Virus record (IMG/VR): IMGVR_UViG_3300005259_000075
Location: 1 to 37,899 of that record
From: a virus
Lineage: Duplodnaviria > Caudoviricetes
Strand: one strand, 5' to 3'
DNA: 37,899 bases
A program made the position numbers and the translations under genes. The notes below the pieces were generated by a model, which saw only the letters and a list, made by a program, of their open reading frames with translations, was not told where the DNA came from and made no database searches. Positions 26,322 to 35,989 of the stretch are shown here, in pieces; within the stretch, counting starts at the first letter, position 1, and the number at the start of each line of letters is the position of its first letter.

Positions 26322-26768
26322 ATGTATATCAAAAGCGGCAGCAAAACGGTTATCAAAATCAACGACGCCAACCCGTTCGCCGTGGCCTCCGGCCCTTACA
26401 AAAGCTTGATCAAAAGCGTGGCTTTTGACCTGCTCGGACACTGCAAAAGCGAGCTCGATATGGGCGGCGGGATTGATGATGAGGGCGCGGAAATGTCCGA
26501 CCTGTCCGCCGCCATTATCTACGATCCGCTCAAAATCAAAATGCGCACCGATCTGGCCGTGCTGGCCGGACTCTCCCGCGACCATGTCAAAATTCAGGTG
26601 TTCCCCAACGGCGGCACCGATTCGATCACCTATTACGGCAAGTTGAACAAATCCGGCGATACGTCGCTGGAGGGCAGCAAACAGCCGGAAATCGAGCTGG
26701 AATATAAGATCACCAACCAGGACAAAGACGGCGCGTATCACGCCCCCGTCATCAGCGCCACCGCGTAA
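26322..26768 (+). CDS. Probable tail tube protein
   Basis: Position between tail terminator and chaperone; size and beta-rich composition; no strong motif. Confidence 0.6.
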   Translation: MYIKSGSKTVIKINDANPFAVASGPYKSLIKSVAFDLLGHCKSELDMGGGIDDEGAEMSDLSAAIIYDPLKIKMRTDLAVLAGLSRDHVKIQVFPNGGTDSITYYGKLNKSGDTSLEGSKQPEIELEYKITNQDKDGAYHAPVISATA

Positions 26769-26780
26769 AGGACTATCATC

Positions 26781-27101
26781 ATGGGAAAACTCAAGGAAAA
26801 ATTGGCGACGCATAAATTCGCCCGCGCCGAATTTACCATCGACGGCGAAGCTATTCCGCTGCTGGTCAAAATCCTGCCGGAAAAAGAATACGCCGCCGCC
26901 ATATCGCTGTGGCAAAATGCTGCGGTCGAAAATGACCGTTGCCGCGCCGAGCTGCTGGCGTCCCTGTTTGTCGAACCCGACCAGCCCGGCGAACCGGCGT
27001 TTACGGCGGATGATATTTTGTCCGACACCTTCACCCGCGCCGATGTCGGTCGCCTGATCAATCTGTTTGTCAAGGTCAATAACGGCATTGAGGGAAACTG
27101 A
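26781..27101 (+). CDS. Tail assembly chaperone (gpG-like)
   Basis: Position; ends in the slippery heptamer G GGA AAC. Confidence 0.75.
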   Translation: MGKLKEKLATHKFARAEFTIDGEAIPLLVKILPEKEYAAAISLWQNAAVENDRCRAELLASLFVEPDQPGEPAFTADDILSDTFTRADVGRLINLFVKVNNGIEGN

Positions 27102-27442
27102 CCGACTGCCCCGAGGATTTGCTTTTGCATCGCATCAGCGCCCGCATCGGCGGCAGTATCGAAAAGAACCGGCGGGCGCTGTCCCGGCGCGAAAAAGTGC
27201 GCTGGGCTCAGTTTTTCGATTGGGAATTTGAGCATCGCGAAAAATGGGAGCTGTATCTGGCGGAGATTACTTACTGGCTGCGGACTGCCTGCGGTTATTC
27301 CGGCGATCTGGCAACCTGCTATCATCCGCCGTTGACGGAAAAAATTGCCGACGACGACGATTTAACCCCGGAAAACGAAGTCAGCGCCGCCCTCAAGGCG
27401 GCCTATCTGCGACAGGAACAGGAAAAAGAAAAGGAGAACTGA
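27092..27442 (+). CDS. gpT-like extension expressed by -1 programmed frameshift
   Basis: GGGAAAC at 27092..27098; the -1 frame is open from there to 27442 and has no ATG start. Confidence 0.8.
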   Translation, partial: GKLTDCPEDLLLHRISARIGGSIEKNRRALSRREKVRWAQFFDWEFEHREKWELYLAEITYWLRTACGYSGDLATCYHPPLTEKIADDDDLTPENEVSAALKAAYLRQEQEKEKEN

Positions 27443-27445
27443 AAA

Positions 27446-29062
27446 ATGGCGTCCAGTCTGGCCAGCCTGGTAGTGTATCTCACCGGCAATACCGCTCAAT
27501 TTGAGACGGCAATGGCGTCGGCGGAGCGCACTATATTATCCATCGGCAAAAAGATGCTGGCCCTCGCCGGGATCGGCAGCGCCGGACTTTTTATTAAAGC
27601 CGGAATGGATTCCGCCATGGCGGCGGAGCAGCTGGAAAAAAAGCTTGGCGCGGTGCTCAAATCCACACAATACGCCGCCGGGCTCAGTCTGTCCGCCATG
27701 AAGCAGCAGGCGGACGCATTGCGCACCGCCACCAATACCAGCGGCGCGGATATTACCCGCGCTCAAACCGTCATGGCTACCTTTACCAGCATCCAGGGCC
27801 GCGTCTTTAAGGATGCCATGAAATCGGCGGTTGATCTGTCGTCGGTCATGGGGCAGGATTTGCAATCCTCGGTTGTCCAGCTCGGTAAGGCGCTCAATGA
27901 TCCGCTGACCGGTCTGAATTCCCTGCGCCGCGTCGGCGTCAGTTTCTCCGAAGAGCAGAAAAGCCAGATTAAAGACCTGGTCAACGCCGGAAAACTGGAG
28001 GCCGCACAGCTGATTATCCTGACCGAATTGCAACGCGAGTTCGGCGGCTCGGCGGCGGCGGCAGCCGATACCGTCGCGGGCAAGATGCAACGTGCCGAAA
28101 TGGCGCTGGGCAGCATCCGCAAAACCATCGGTCAGCTGGTGATTGAAGCTTTTGACATGGGCGGCAGCGCCGGAAAAAAAGGCGCTATGCTGGAAGGTTT
28201 TTCCTCCGATCTGAAACAGAATTTCTATGAACTAAAATACGGCATTCAATCCATAATGATAGATATCGAAGCCGCGATCAAAACCGTAGGAGTGTGGCTG
28301 GAGCCAGTCGGGTCACTGTTGCTCAATATACCAAGTGTGCTAACTGGCAATTTGGCCGGGCTTTTCAACTGGATAGTAGATAACGCTGGGCGGACGTGGG
28401 ATAACCTGCTTGATCTGGCCGTGGCCGGGGCGCAGGATTGGCTTGACGCCATGTTGCTTGTGCCGCGCACCCTGATCGATCAGGCCCCGATTTTAGGCAA
28501 GGCGTTTTTTCAGGCCTTTTTACATCCCGGCAGCATCGGCCAGACCATCGACAAGCTGATGGATGATACTGTTGCCAATGTCGCCGGAAAATTCGCCGGG
28601 ATCGGCAAAAATCTTGAACGCTCTATGGGCGCAGCTGGGTTTACCGCGTTGGAAATGAAAAATCCAGGATATACCCGCCTGCTTGAATATTTTAATGGTG
28701 CCGTGCTGGATCGAAGCGCTCTAGTTGAGGCAGAAAAAAAATATAAGCACGATAATCTGGACAAAAACGACAAAGACAACCTCGGCAAAAAGATCGATCC
28801 GCTCAAAAAGAATAAGCCGCCGGAAGTCATTGCGGCGGACGCCATTGCCAAAGCGGTAGAACAGAAAATCAGTCAATCGCTGGTGCGCGGCAGCATGGAG
28901 GCCGCCAAGATGGAGCAGCAGCAGCGCCACGACGCCCAACTGATGGAGATCAATCGCCAGCAGCTCGGTTATCTGCGCACTATCGCTGAAAACAGCAAAC
29001 GTCCCGCCGCTCCGGCCAAACCCCGCGACTATGAGCCGCTGGAACCGGTAACGGCGTTATAG
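27446..29062 (+). CDS. Tail tape measure protein (538 aa)
   Basis: LASLVVYLTGNTAQF N-terminus; QLGKALNDPLTGLNSLRRVGVSF; helical and Ala-rich; follows the G/T pair. Confidence 0.9.
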   Translation: MASSLASLVVYLTGNTAQFETAMASAERTILSIGKKMLALAGIGSAGLFIKAGMDSAMAAEQLEKKLGAVLKSTQYAAGLSLSAMKQQADALRTATNTSGADITRAQTVMATFTSIQGRVFKDAMKSAVDLSSVMGQDLQSSVVQLGKALNDPLTGLNSLRRVGVSFSEEQKSQIKDLVNAGKLEAAQLIILTELQREFGGSAAAAADTVAGKMQRAEMALGSIRKTIGQLVIEAFDMGGSAGKKGAMLEGFSSDLKQNFYELKYGIQSIMIDIEAAIKTVGVWLEPVGSLLLNIPSVLTGNLAGLFNWIVDNAGRTWDNLLDLAVAGAQDWLDAMLLVPRTLIDQAPILGKAFFQAFLHPGSIGQTIDKLMDDTVANVAGKFAGIGKNLERSMGAAGFTALEMKNPGYTRLLEYFNGAVLDRSALVEAEKKYKHDNLDKNDKDNLGKKIDPLKKNKPPEVIAADAIAKAVEQKISQSLVRGSMEAAKMEQQQRHDAQLMEINRQQLGYLRTIAENSKRPAAPAKPRDYEPLEPVTAL

Positions 29063-29073
29063 GAGTTTAAAAA

Positions 29074-30030
29074 ATGTCGATCACCTACATCAAAGAACTT
29101 CCCGGCGGCAGCGAACGCAGCGACGGCAAGACCATTCTGATCCGCCACATGCTCTATCAGGTGGACGGCGGCAGCGATCCGCGCGATATCCTTTTTTCGA
29201 CTGAAATCCCCGGCGACGGCATGACTCACCCGGATTATTCCGGTTATTATGCTATCGGCGTCAGTTCCCCGTCGCTCAAAAGCGGCGACAGTTCCAAGGG
29301 CATGTATGACGTGGCGGTCAAATATGGCCCGGCTTCGCTGGTGCCGTTTGAAAACAAGGACAAGGCCGACAAGGGTTTGACCGAACAGGGCGCGCGCGAC
29401 CTCACTTTTACCGCTCGCGAAGTGGTGGTACCGCAGCTTTTCGCCTACAAGGAAAATGATGTTCAGTTCAAGCCGACCAAACCGCTGATTCACCCGCTCA
29501 CCGGTGAGCAGCTGGTGGCCGATACCGTAGAGAAACACGGCATAATCAGCTTCAATTACGTCGTAAAAACGTTCAAATATTCCTGGATTCGCCGCTTTAC
29601 CGGCACCTGCAACGCCGCCGCAATCACTATTGCCGGAATCCCGATCCCCCAATATCACGCGCAGCTGATTGAGCTGTCGGCCTCGCGCAAAGCCATTGCC
29701 ACCACCAAATCGGGGACACAATACGTTTGGGGCGTCAACGTCAAGATCGAGGACTATTACCGAGAGATTACCAAGCAGCTGGCACTGATGGGCTATCTGA
29801 TGTGCAAAGGCGGAAAAAATTATCCGATTCAGCTGAAAAATGGCGGCTATGATTTCTTCGACGCCGCCCACCCGGAATATAACATCACCACGCCCCGGCT
29901 GGTGTCGAAAACCTCCGGCCTGCCGATGGCCGCCGGATACTCCGGCAGCTTTGACGATTACTATGATACGTTTGACGATGTATTTACCGCCGACTGGTCT
30001 GCGTTGTGTTTACCGGCAACGGAGGCGTAA
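29074..30030 (+). CDS. Putative tail tip/baseplate protein
   Basis: First gene after the tape measure gene; family not recognised. Confidence 0.65.
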   Translation: MSITYIKELPGGSERSDGKTILIRHMLYQVDGGSDPRDILFSTEIPGDGMTHPDYSGYYAIGVSSPSLKSGDSSKGMYDVAVKYGPASLVPFENKDKADKGLTEQGARDLTFTAREVVVPQLFAYKENDVQFKPTKPLIHPLTGEQLVADTVEKHGIISFNYVVKTFKYSWIRRFTGTCNAAAITIAGIPIPQYHAQLIELSASRKAIATTKSGTQYVWGVNVKIEDYYREITKQLALMGYLMCKGGKNYPIQLKNGGYDFFDAAHPEYNITTPRLVSKTSGLPMAAGYSGSFDDYYDTFDDVFTADWSALCLPATEA

Positions 30031-30032
30031 CC

Positions 30033-30563
30033 ATGACCAAAGTTATTGCCTATAGCCCTGCCGCCGCCCAGGCCTTGCGGAATGCCGCGCAAATGCCGCT
30101 GCAGGCCAATCGCCGCGCCGCCGGGCCGCGCCCCGCCGGATATTCGGCGGGCAGTGCCTACGAGGGGCAATTCAAGATTCAGAGCGGCAGCACTACCAAC
30201 AGCCCTTGGATTGAGGTGGTAAACGGCACCCTGACGGAGGATGACCGCGAGGATAGCCCCGCCGGACAGGTCAACGTCGGCGGCAGCTGGCACGATGTAG
30301 ACTATTTTTTATCCTCAGTCACGGGATCCGGCTATGTTTATGTTATCGTGAGCTACGAGTATGAGGGCGACGCCTCTACGCCTACCTACAGCGCGGAAAT
30401 CAAGACCGCCGCAAACCTGCCGAATGAGCTTGTTGACGGGGTGTACAGTTACGTGGTTCAGCTCGGCACCTATACCGTGACCGGCACCGGCGAGGATGCC
30501 GCCATTACCACCGTGCAGACATGGCAAAATGGCAGCATTGCTGTAACCGGGGTGGCGCAATGA
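30033..30563 (+). CDS. Putative tail protein
   Basis: GGAGG SD; beta-rich; position. Confidence 0.6.
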   Translation: MTKVIAYSPAAAQALRNAAQMPLQANRRAAGPRPAGYSAGSAYEGQFKIQSGSTTNSPWIEVVNGTLTEDDREDSPAGQVNVGGSWHDVDYFLSSVTGSGYVYVIVSYEYEGDASTPTYSAEIKTAANLPNELVDGVYSYVVQLGTYTVTGTGEDAAITTVQTWQNGSIAVTGVAQ

Positions 30564-31579
30564 GTTGGGCTGATTATGGGTTCCCCGGCAAGCTGCCGCT
30601 TGCCACCCCGTGGCCGATCCTGACCGGCTTGACGGCGGCGCTGAATGAGCGCCGCAAGGCTGTCGATCTTGCGGCAATTGCAAATCCCGCCCCACTGGCC
30701 CCGGTAAAAAAGGACTGGTTTACAGGCTTCGAGAGTTACCGCGACGCGACACTTGCCCTGTACGTCGATCACACTAAAAATAACGGCGACTTTACCGGAC
30801 TGGCAACCATCCCCATGATGACCACAGAGCGCATTTTTGAGCTATTGGGCGAGGATGAACTTGTCTACGCCGACCATCCTCTCGCGCCGGAGTTGTGGTT
30901 GAAATGGATTGTCCAACAATATCGCATAATCAATCTGCTGCGGTGGACAAAACAACGACTATCTGATTCCGCCATGTATAACAAAGAAATAAAAAAAATT
31001 AATGTAAGCAACTCAAGCGATAATCCGGTCAGTAGTTGGTCTGATGCGATTTCACGATGGAACAGCCAAGAATGGAAATCATCAACCAATGAATCATTTC
31101 CAGGTTATAGTGGCGCAATGTTTCTTTCTGAAGAACTCAGTAAAACAGATTCCAATTATTATTGTGCGTTCATTTCTGTTACAAGATTCGTTATCGCTTT
31201 TGATATCAGTGACTACCCGATGGATCTCTATATATATCCACAACGCACCGAAGGCTCCAGTTTTGGACCTATTGGCAATTCTAAGTTTAATTCTAAATAC
31301 AATAAAATAGCAACCGCTGAAACGGCCAGAAATTTTTCAATGGAATGGCCAAATTATGACGAAATTGCCGTCTCTATTGCATCCTCGCCGTCCTCTGCAC
31401 TCGCTGAGCCAACCATACTAAATGATTATTTTGAATATTATAATTTGGTTAATGAAGCTGGATCATGCTCATGGGGCGGCAGCGATATCACACAAAATGT
31501 TGTTGACTACGGTCAGACCATTGTACTCAAATTCGACAGCCCCAACGGCTTCAAATTTCGCGGCGAGGATTGGCAATAG
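30560..31579 (+). CDS. Putative tail protein with AT-rich internal segment
   Basis: ATGA-coupled; composition shifts at about 30905 and back at about 31510. Confidence 0.65.
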   Translation: MSWADYGFPGKLPLATPWPILTGLTAALNERRKAVDLAAIANPAPLAPVKKDWFTGFESYRDATLALYVDHTKNNGDFTGLATIPMMTTERIFELLGEDELVYADHPLAPELWLKWIVQQYRIINLLRWTKQRLSDSAMYNKEIKKINVSNSSDNPVSSWSDAISRWNSQEWKSSTNESFPGYSGAMFLSEELSKTDSNYYCAFISVTRFVIAFDISDYPMDLYIYPQRTEGSSFGPIGNSKFNSKYNKIATAETARNFSMEWPNYDEIAVSIASSPSSALAEPTILNDYFEYYNLVNEAGSCSWGGSDITQNVVDYGQTIVLKFDSPNGFKFRGEDWQ

Positions 31580-31582
31580 CTT

Positions 31583-31610
31583 TTGCCATTTTTTATATAG
31601 TGTTTATAAT
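31583..31610 (+). promoter_or_regulatory. Conserved late-module promoter, copy 3
   Basis: TTGCCA-TTTTTTATATAGTGTT-TATAAT. Confidence 0.75.
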
Positions 31611-31636
31611 TCCGGCGTAACAGGAGACCCACGGCC

Positions 31637-34600
31637 ATGAGTTACCGAACCACTAAAATTTATCAAAACATCGTTTCCGGCAGCATACTTGATGCCGCCG
31701 GAAATCCGCTGGAAAACACCGCGCAGCCCTTTATCCGCCTCGGCGAAACCGCCGTTTACGATATCCAGTATCTTAACTCCGATACCGTCAGCGATGTTTA
31801 TACCGGCCTTGCCGGAACCGCCATCTCGGCCACCGCCTCGGTGGACAATGACTGGATACATTTTTTTGACGGCAAACTTACCGCCGCCGCATCCGGCGCA
31901 ATTACTCAGTTGGCGGTCGGTTATTCCGGCGACGGCTATATCAACCCGACCGGACAGTTGCAGCTGGAAAACGCCGCCGGAGATCAGGAGACCGTCGAAT
32001 ACACCGCGTTTACCGTCAGTAATGGCAATTATACGTTTGCCGTTGCCGCCACGCTGGCCAACAGCTACGCGTCCGGCGCAACCTGCCGGATTGCGCAAAC
32101 CCCGCTCATTGCCGCCGCGTCGGTGGATATTACCCACAAGGACACCGGACGGCTGCTGGTGACGCTCTGCGCCGACAACAAACGCTATGTCAACGCCCTC
32201 AACAACACCAAAGAAATTACCGCCTGCGCCCTGTCCGTGCAGATTTACGGCGCTGCCGCCGATGGTGAAACCGCCCCGCTTATTCTCGCCCAGGAATTTG
32301 ATTTCCGGTGTTTAAATCTGCGCAATTATAACAGGATTGCGCCCGCCCCGATCAACAACAATTATCTGACCTCCGCCCAAATCCTCGCCCTGTTGCGCAC
32401 CGCGCCGGAGCAGCGCTACAGCGCGGACGGCACGACGTGGCACGGCGAGCAGGCCGCGAGCGATAGATTCAAGCAGTCGAGATATCCGAACGGCGAATGG
32501 GGCGCGGCATTTGAAATTATTCCCCGCGATTTTGCCGGGTTGAACGCTAAAACGGCGCTGGTTGATGCCGATGTCGTGGTCGGCAACGACTCCGCCGCCA
32601 GTAACGGTCTGATCGTGATTACACTGCTCAAGGTTTGGAATTACATAAAAGGTAAAGCGGATAGCGTTTATGCCGCCATTCCCCACGCTCACGCCATTGC
32701 GGACGTGACCAATCTGCAAACGTCGCTGGATGCTAAAGCTGACCTCGTATCGGGCAAAGTTCCGGCGGCACAATTGCCCAGTTTTGTTGACGATGTGATT
32801 GAGGCTTATATCGTGGGCGGAACCGCGTTTGCCGCAGGATGGTTATCGCTGACCGAAGGCGGCGCGGCGCTGACGCCGGAAAGCGGTAAAATCTACATCA
32901 TCCTCACCGCCGGAACCTATAACCTCCGTGAGTACAGATGGAGCGGGTCGGTTTATGCTCAGGTCAATGAGGGGTTGGCCATCGGCGAAACGTCATCGAC
33001 TGCCTATCGCGGCGACTATGGAAAAATTGCGTATGATCATAGTCAACTTACCAGCGGCAACCCGCACAATACCCCTATAACCGCGATCATCGGGGCGGGC
33101 ACCGCCGCCGCGCTCAATGCTGGCACCTCAGCCAACAATGTGGTTCAGCTCGACAGCAATGGCAAACTTCCGGCCATAGATGGATCACAGTTGATCGACG
33201 TCACCGCCAGCGGCAACGCCGTCAGTCTACAGGGCAAGGCCGTTTCCGCCGTCGCCCCCGCCAATGGACAGCAGTTGGTATGGAACGCAACAACCCAGCA
33301 ATACGAGCCATCCACCCCGGCAGGAGGCGGCGACGTTGTCGGCCCCGCCAGTTCCACCAACGGAACTATCGTATTATTCGACGGCACCACCGGCAAGGCG
33401 CTCAAAGACAGCAACGTTAAATTGAGCGACAAGGCTGCTTCCGGTGCTAACTCCGACATTACCAGCCTGACTGGGCTTGCTACCGCGCTATCAGTCACCC
33501 AGGGCGGCACGGGCGCAATTAACGCCGCCGACGCTAGAACCAACCTCGGCGCGGCCCCGGCAGTCGAATCAATCAATGCCCAGACCGGCACCAGTTACAC
33601 CCTGGCGCTGACCGATGCCAATGGGTTAATCACGATGGCCAATAGCGCGGCTAATACGACGATTATCCCGCTCAATTCCACCGTGGCGTTTGCTGTCGGC
33701 GCGTGGATCGATGTGCAGATGACCGGCGCGGGCATTACCACTATTGCCGGTGCAACCGGCGTTACCGTCAACGGCACCAGCGCGGGGACAGTGGCATTGT
33801 CGGCCAATCAGCGTGTCAGGCTGATAAAAACCGCCGCGGATGAGTGGCGGATTGGATTGCCCGGATCTGCGTCATCCGGTTCCTCCAGCGGCGGTTCGGA
33901 CGGCTCTGCAGTCAGCCTGACCGCCGATTATACGATGACGACCGCCGATATCGGCAAAAAACTCACCTATACCAGCTCCACAACCGCCTCGCGCACGGTA
34001 ACGCTGTGCACTGCCCCGGTCAATAACTCCGCGCGGACGTGGGTAATCAATAATTCGTCCTATGATATCGTTGTATCCAACGTGCGCAACTCCTCCAGCT
34101 CGACCGGCACGCTGACCCTGACGCCGGGAACGTCATTTCTGCTCGAATCGAGCGGGGCTGACTGGTTTGTGCGGATGGAGAGATGGGAGCCACAATCCGC
34201 CTCTTATACGCATACTTTTGCCGGGCTTAACGGCAATGTGGACAAACGCTATAAACTCATCAGCTCTATAATCCCAAGCGTCACCACGGCTGGTTCGGTG
34301 GTCGCTCAGATAAACGGAGACTCCAACGCCAGCAACTACATCTGTAGATGGCTAGGGTATGAGTCCAGTACGGTAGCATCGGGACAGTCAACACCTGTGG
34401 GTATCTATATAGATTATCTCGATACATACACCACCTCAGATTACGTGGAATTGAAAATGGATGCCGTTTCCGGAAAATTCAGACACGCCTCGTCAGTATC
34501 ATCCAAGTACGAGACAAATATGTCTACGTCATTTTTTTACAATAATAATATGACCTGGAAAAACAGCGCAGATAATATTACGTCGATAGTTTTAACTACC

Positions 34601-34672
34601 ACGGGCACAACCTCCACCACGTTAGCCGGCGGCTCCTGCGTTGAACTCTGGAAAACCGGCGATCAAACATAA
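31637..34672 (+). CDS. Tail fibre / receptor-binding protein (mosaic, 1011 aa)
   Basis: Fibre-type motifs HAHAIADVTNLQ, GKVPAAQLPSFVDDV, GDVVGPASST, SGANSDITSL, INAQTGTSYTL; rich in T/A/S/G. Confidence 0.85.
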   Translation: MSYRTTKIYQNIVSGSILDAAGNPLENTAQPFIRLGETAVYDIQYLNSDTVSDVYTGLAGTAISATASVDNDWIHFFDGKLTAAASGAITQLAVGYSGDGYINPTGQLQLENAAGDQETVEYTAFTVSNGNYTFAVAATLANSYASGATCRIAQTPLIAAASVDITHKDTGRLLVTLCADNKRYVNALNNTKEITACALSVQIYGAAADGETAPLILAQEFDFRCLNLRNYNRIAPAPINNNYLTSAQILALLRTAPEQRYSADGTTWHGEQAASDRFKQSRYPNGEWGAAFEIIPRDFAGLNAKTALVDADVVVGNDSAASNGLIVITLLKVWNYIKGKADSVYAAIPHAHAIADVTNLQTSLDAKADLVSGKVPAAQLPSFVDDVIEAYIVGGTAFAAGWLSLTEGGAALTPESGKIYIILTAGTYNLREYRWSGSVYAQVNEGLAIGETSSTAYRGDYGKIAYDHSQLTSGNPHNTPITAIIGAGTAAALNAGTSANNVVQLDSNGKLPAIDGSQLIDVTASGNAVSLQGKAVSAVAPANGQQLVWNATTQQYEPSTPAGGGDVVGPASSTNGTIVLFDGTTGKALKDSNVKLSDKAASGANSDITSLTGLATALSVTQGGTGAINAADARTNLGAAPAVESINAQTGTSYTLALTDANGLITMANSAANTTIIPLNSTVAFAVGAWIDVQMTGAGITTIAGATGVTVNGTSAGTVALSANQRVRLIKTAADEWRIGLPGSASSGSSSGGSDGSAVSLTADYTMTTADIGKKLTYTSSTTASRTVTLCTAPVNNSARTWVINNSSYDIVVSNVRNSSSSTGTLTLTPGTSFLLESSGADWFVRMERWEPQSASYTHTFAGLNGNVDKRYKLISSIIPSVTTAGSVVAQINGDSNASNYICRWLGYESSTVASGQSTPVGIYIDYLDTYTTSDYVELKMDAVSGKFRHASSVSSKYETNMSTSFFYNNNMTWKNSADNITSIVLTTTGTTSTTLAGGSCVELWKTGDQT

Positions 34673-34683
34673 GGATTATTGCC

Positions 34684-35103
34684 ATGATAAGATATTTTGA
34701 CACCAGGCAAAGCCCATTACCGAACGGTGAAAACGGCCCTTATCAGCTCGAATGCACGAGCGATCAGGAATGGAACAATTCCGGCTGCCCCTGCAACATC
34801 ATCTGGGAAAATGACGTGCCTCGCCTAATCACCGAGGCGGAAAAACTTGCTCAAAAAACGGCGGTCGAAAAAGCCGCCGCACTGGGAAAAACAATTTTCA
34901 CCAGGTTGCAGATTCGCCGCGCTCTCCGCGATCTGGGCATTGAATCGACGCTCGATAATCTGCTGGACACCAGCGAGACGTTTAAAAAAGACTGGTCGGA
35001 CGCCAGCGAAATCGACCTGTCGGACACTATTACCGCTGCCGCGCTTAGTTCCGTGTCGATTGACCTCGATGCGGTAAAACTAAAAATTGCCGGAATTGCA
35101 TAA
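34684..35103 (+). CDS. Probable tail-fibre-associated protein
   Basis: Directly after the fibre gene; TRLQIRRAL...W pattern. Confidence 0.55.
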   Translation: MIRYFDTRQSPLPNGENGPYQLECTSDQEWNNSGCPCNIIWENDVPRLITEAEKLAQKTAVEKAAALGKTIFTRLQIRRALRDLGIESTLDNLLDTSETFKKDWSDASEIDLSDTITAAALSSVSIDLDAVKLKIAGIA

Positions 35104-35131
35104 AATTTAACCTCAAAAAAGGAGATGATAA

Positions 35132-35449
35132 ATGCCGGAAGAAAAGCCGAAAAGCTGGTTTTTGAACAGTCTATTGCCGGGGCTGCTGGTGGTGGCGGTC
35201 ACCGCCGGGGCAACGGGATATTTCCAACTCAGAGACGAGAACATTATTCAGAGGTATGAAATCGACATGTTGAAGAACAACATGCGGGAATTTAAGTGCA
35301 CGATCGACAAGACCGCCGACGCCTTTTCCGCCGTCGCCCGCAACCTGGCCGTGTTAAATGAAAAAGTTTCGACATTGAGCGAAAACCTCAACGGCAAAAC
35401 GTTTCCGAAATCTCACAAGGCTGTCGGTAACGACGACCAGAATCAATAA
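35132..35449 (+). CDS. Single-TM coiled-coil protein (holin or spanin-like candidate)
   Basis: N-terminal TM helix plus heptad region; lysis position. Confidence 0.5.
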   Translation: MPEEKPKSWFLNSLLPGLLVVAVTAGATGYFQLRDENIIQRYEIDMLKNNMREFKCTIDKTADAFSAVARNLAVLNEKVSTLSENLNGKTFPKSHKAVGNDDQNQ

Positions 35450-35474
35450 AAAACAGCAAAAAGGAAAAACGCCC

Positions 35475-35975
35475 ATGAAAAGAAATGTTTTAATCGTCAG
35501 TATCGCCCTCGCCCTGATCGTCGCCATCGCAAGCCTATTGACCGGATGCAGCACCATCGAAACCAAGAAGCCGGACGGCACTATCATCACCGAACATCAC
35601 CAAATGATGACCGACAAGGTGATCGCCGGAGCGGGCAGTGTCCAGGGGGTCAAAATCGAACCCACCGGAGGTTCAGCCACCAGCGGAACGCCGCTGATCA
35701 ACGCCACCATCGCCGGGGCAAACTCCGCCGTGGTGGATATCCCGTCCAAGGCCGACAAGCGCGTTATCGCCTACAGTAAAAGTATGTCGTTGTGGGGCAG
35801 CATCACCAGCGCGGGCGCATCCGGCGTAAGCTGGACGTATATCGGCACCGCCGGCGAAACGGCATTGGAAACCGCCAAGGCAATCGAAGCGATGTCGAAA
35901 ATCAGCACCGACGTGACCGCCACCGGCAATGTCGACACCTCGACCGATACCGACACCACCACGACCTCGAAATAA
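35475..35975 (+). CDS. Lipoprotein
   Basis: Signal peptide with lipobox LTGC. Confidence 0.8.
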   Translation: MKRNVLIVSIALALIVAIASLLTGCSTIETKKPDGTIITEHHQMMTDKVIAGAGSVQGVKIEPTGGSATSGTPLINATIAGANSAVVDIPSKADKRVIAYSKSMSLWGSITSAGASGVSWTYIGTAGETALETAKAIEAMSKISTDVTATGNVDTSTDTDTTTTSK

Positions 35976-35989
35976 AGGAGTCCGGGAAC

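Noticed and set aside
21792-26915. Long antisense ORFs (21792..22811, 23074..24411, 25914..26915)
   Set aside because: Shadows of GC-biased structural genes on the opposite strand; no motifs or RBS
31637-35103. Invertible tail-fibre shufflon driven by the second recombinase
   Set aside because: No inverted alternative fibre ends or flanking inverted repeats were seen
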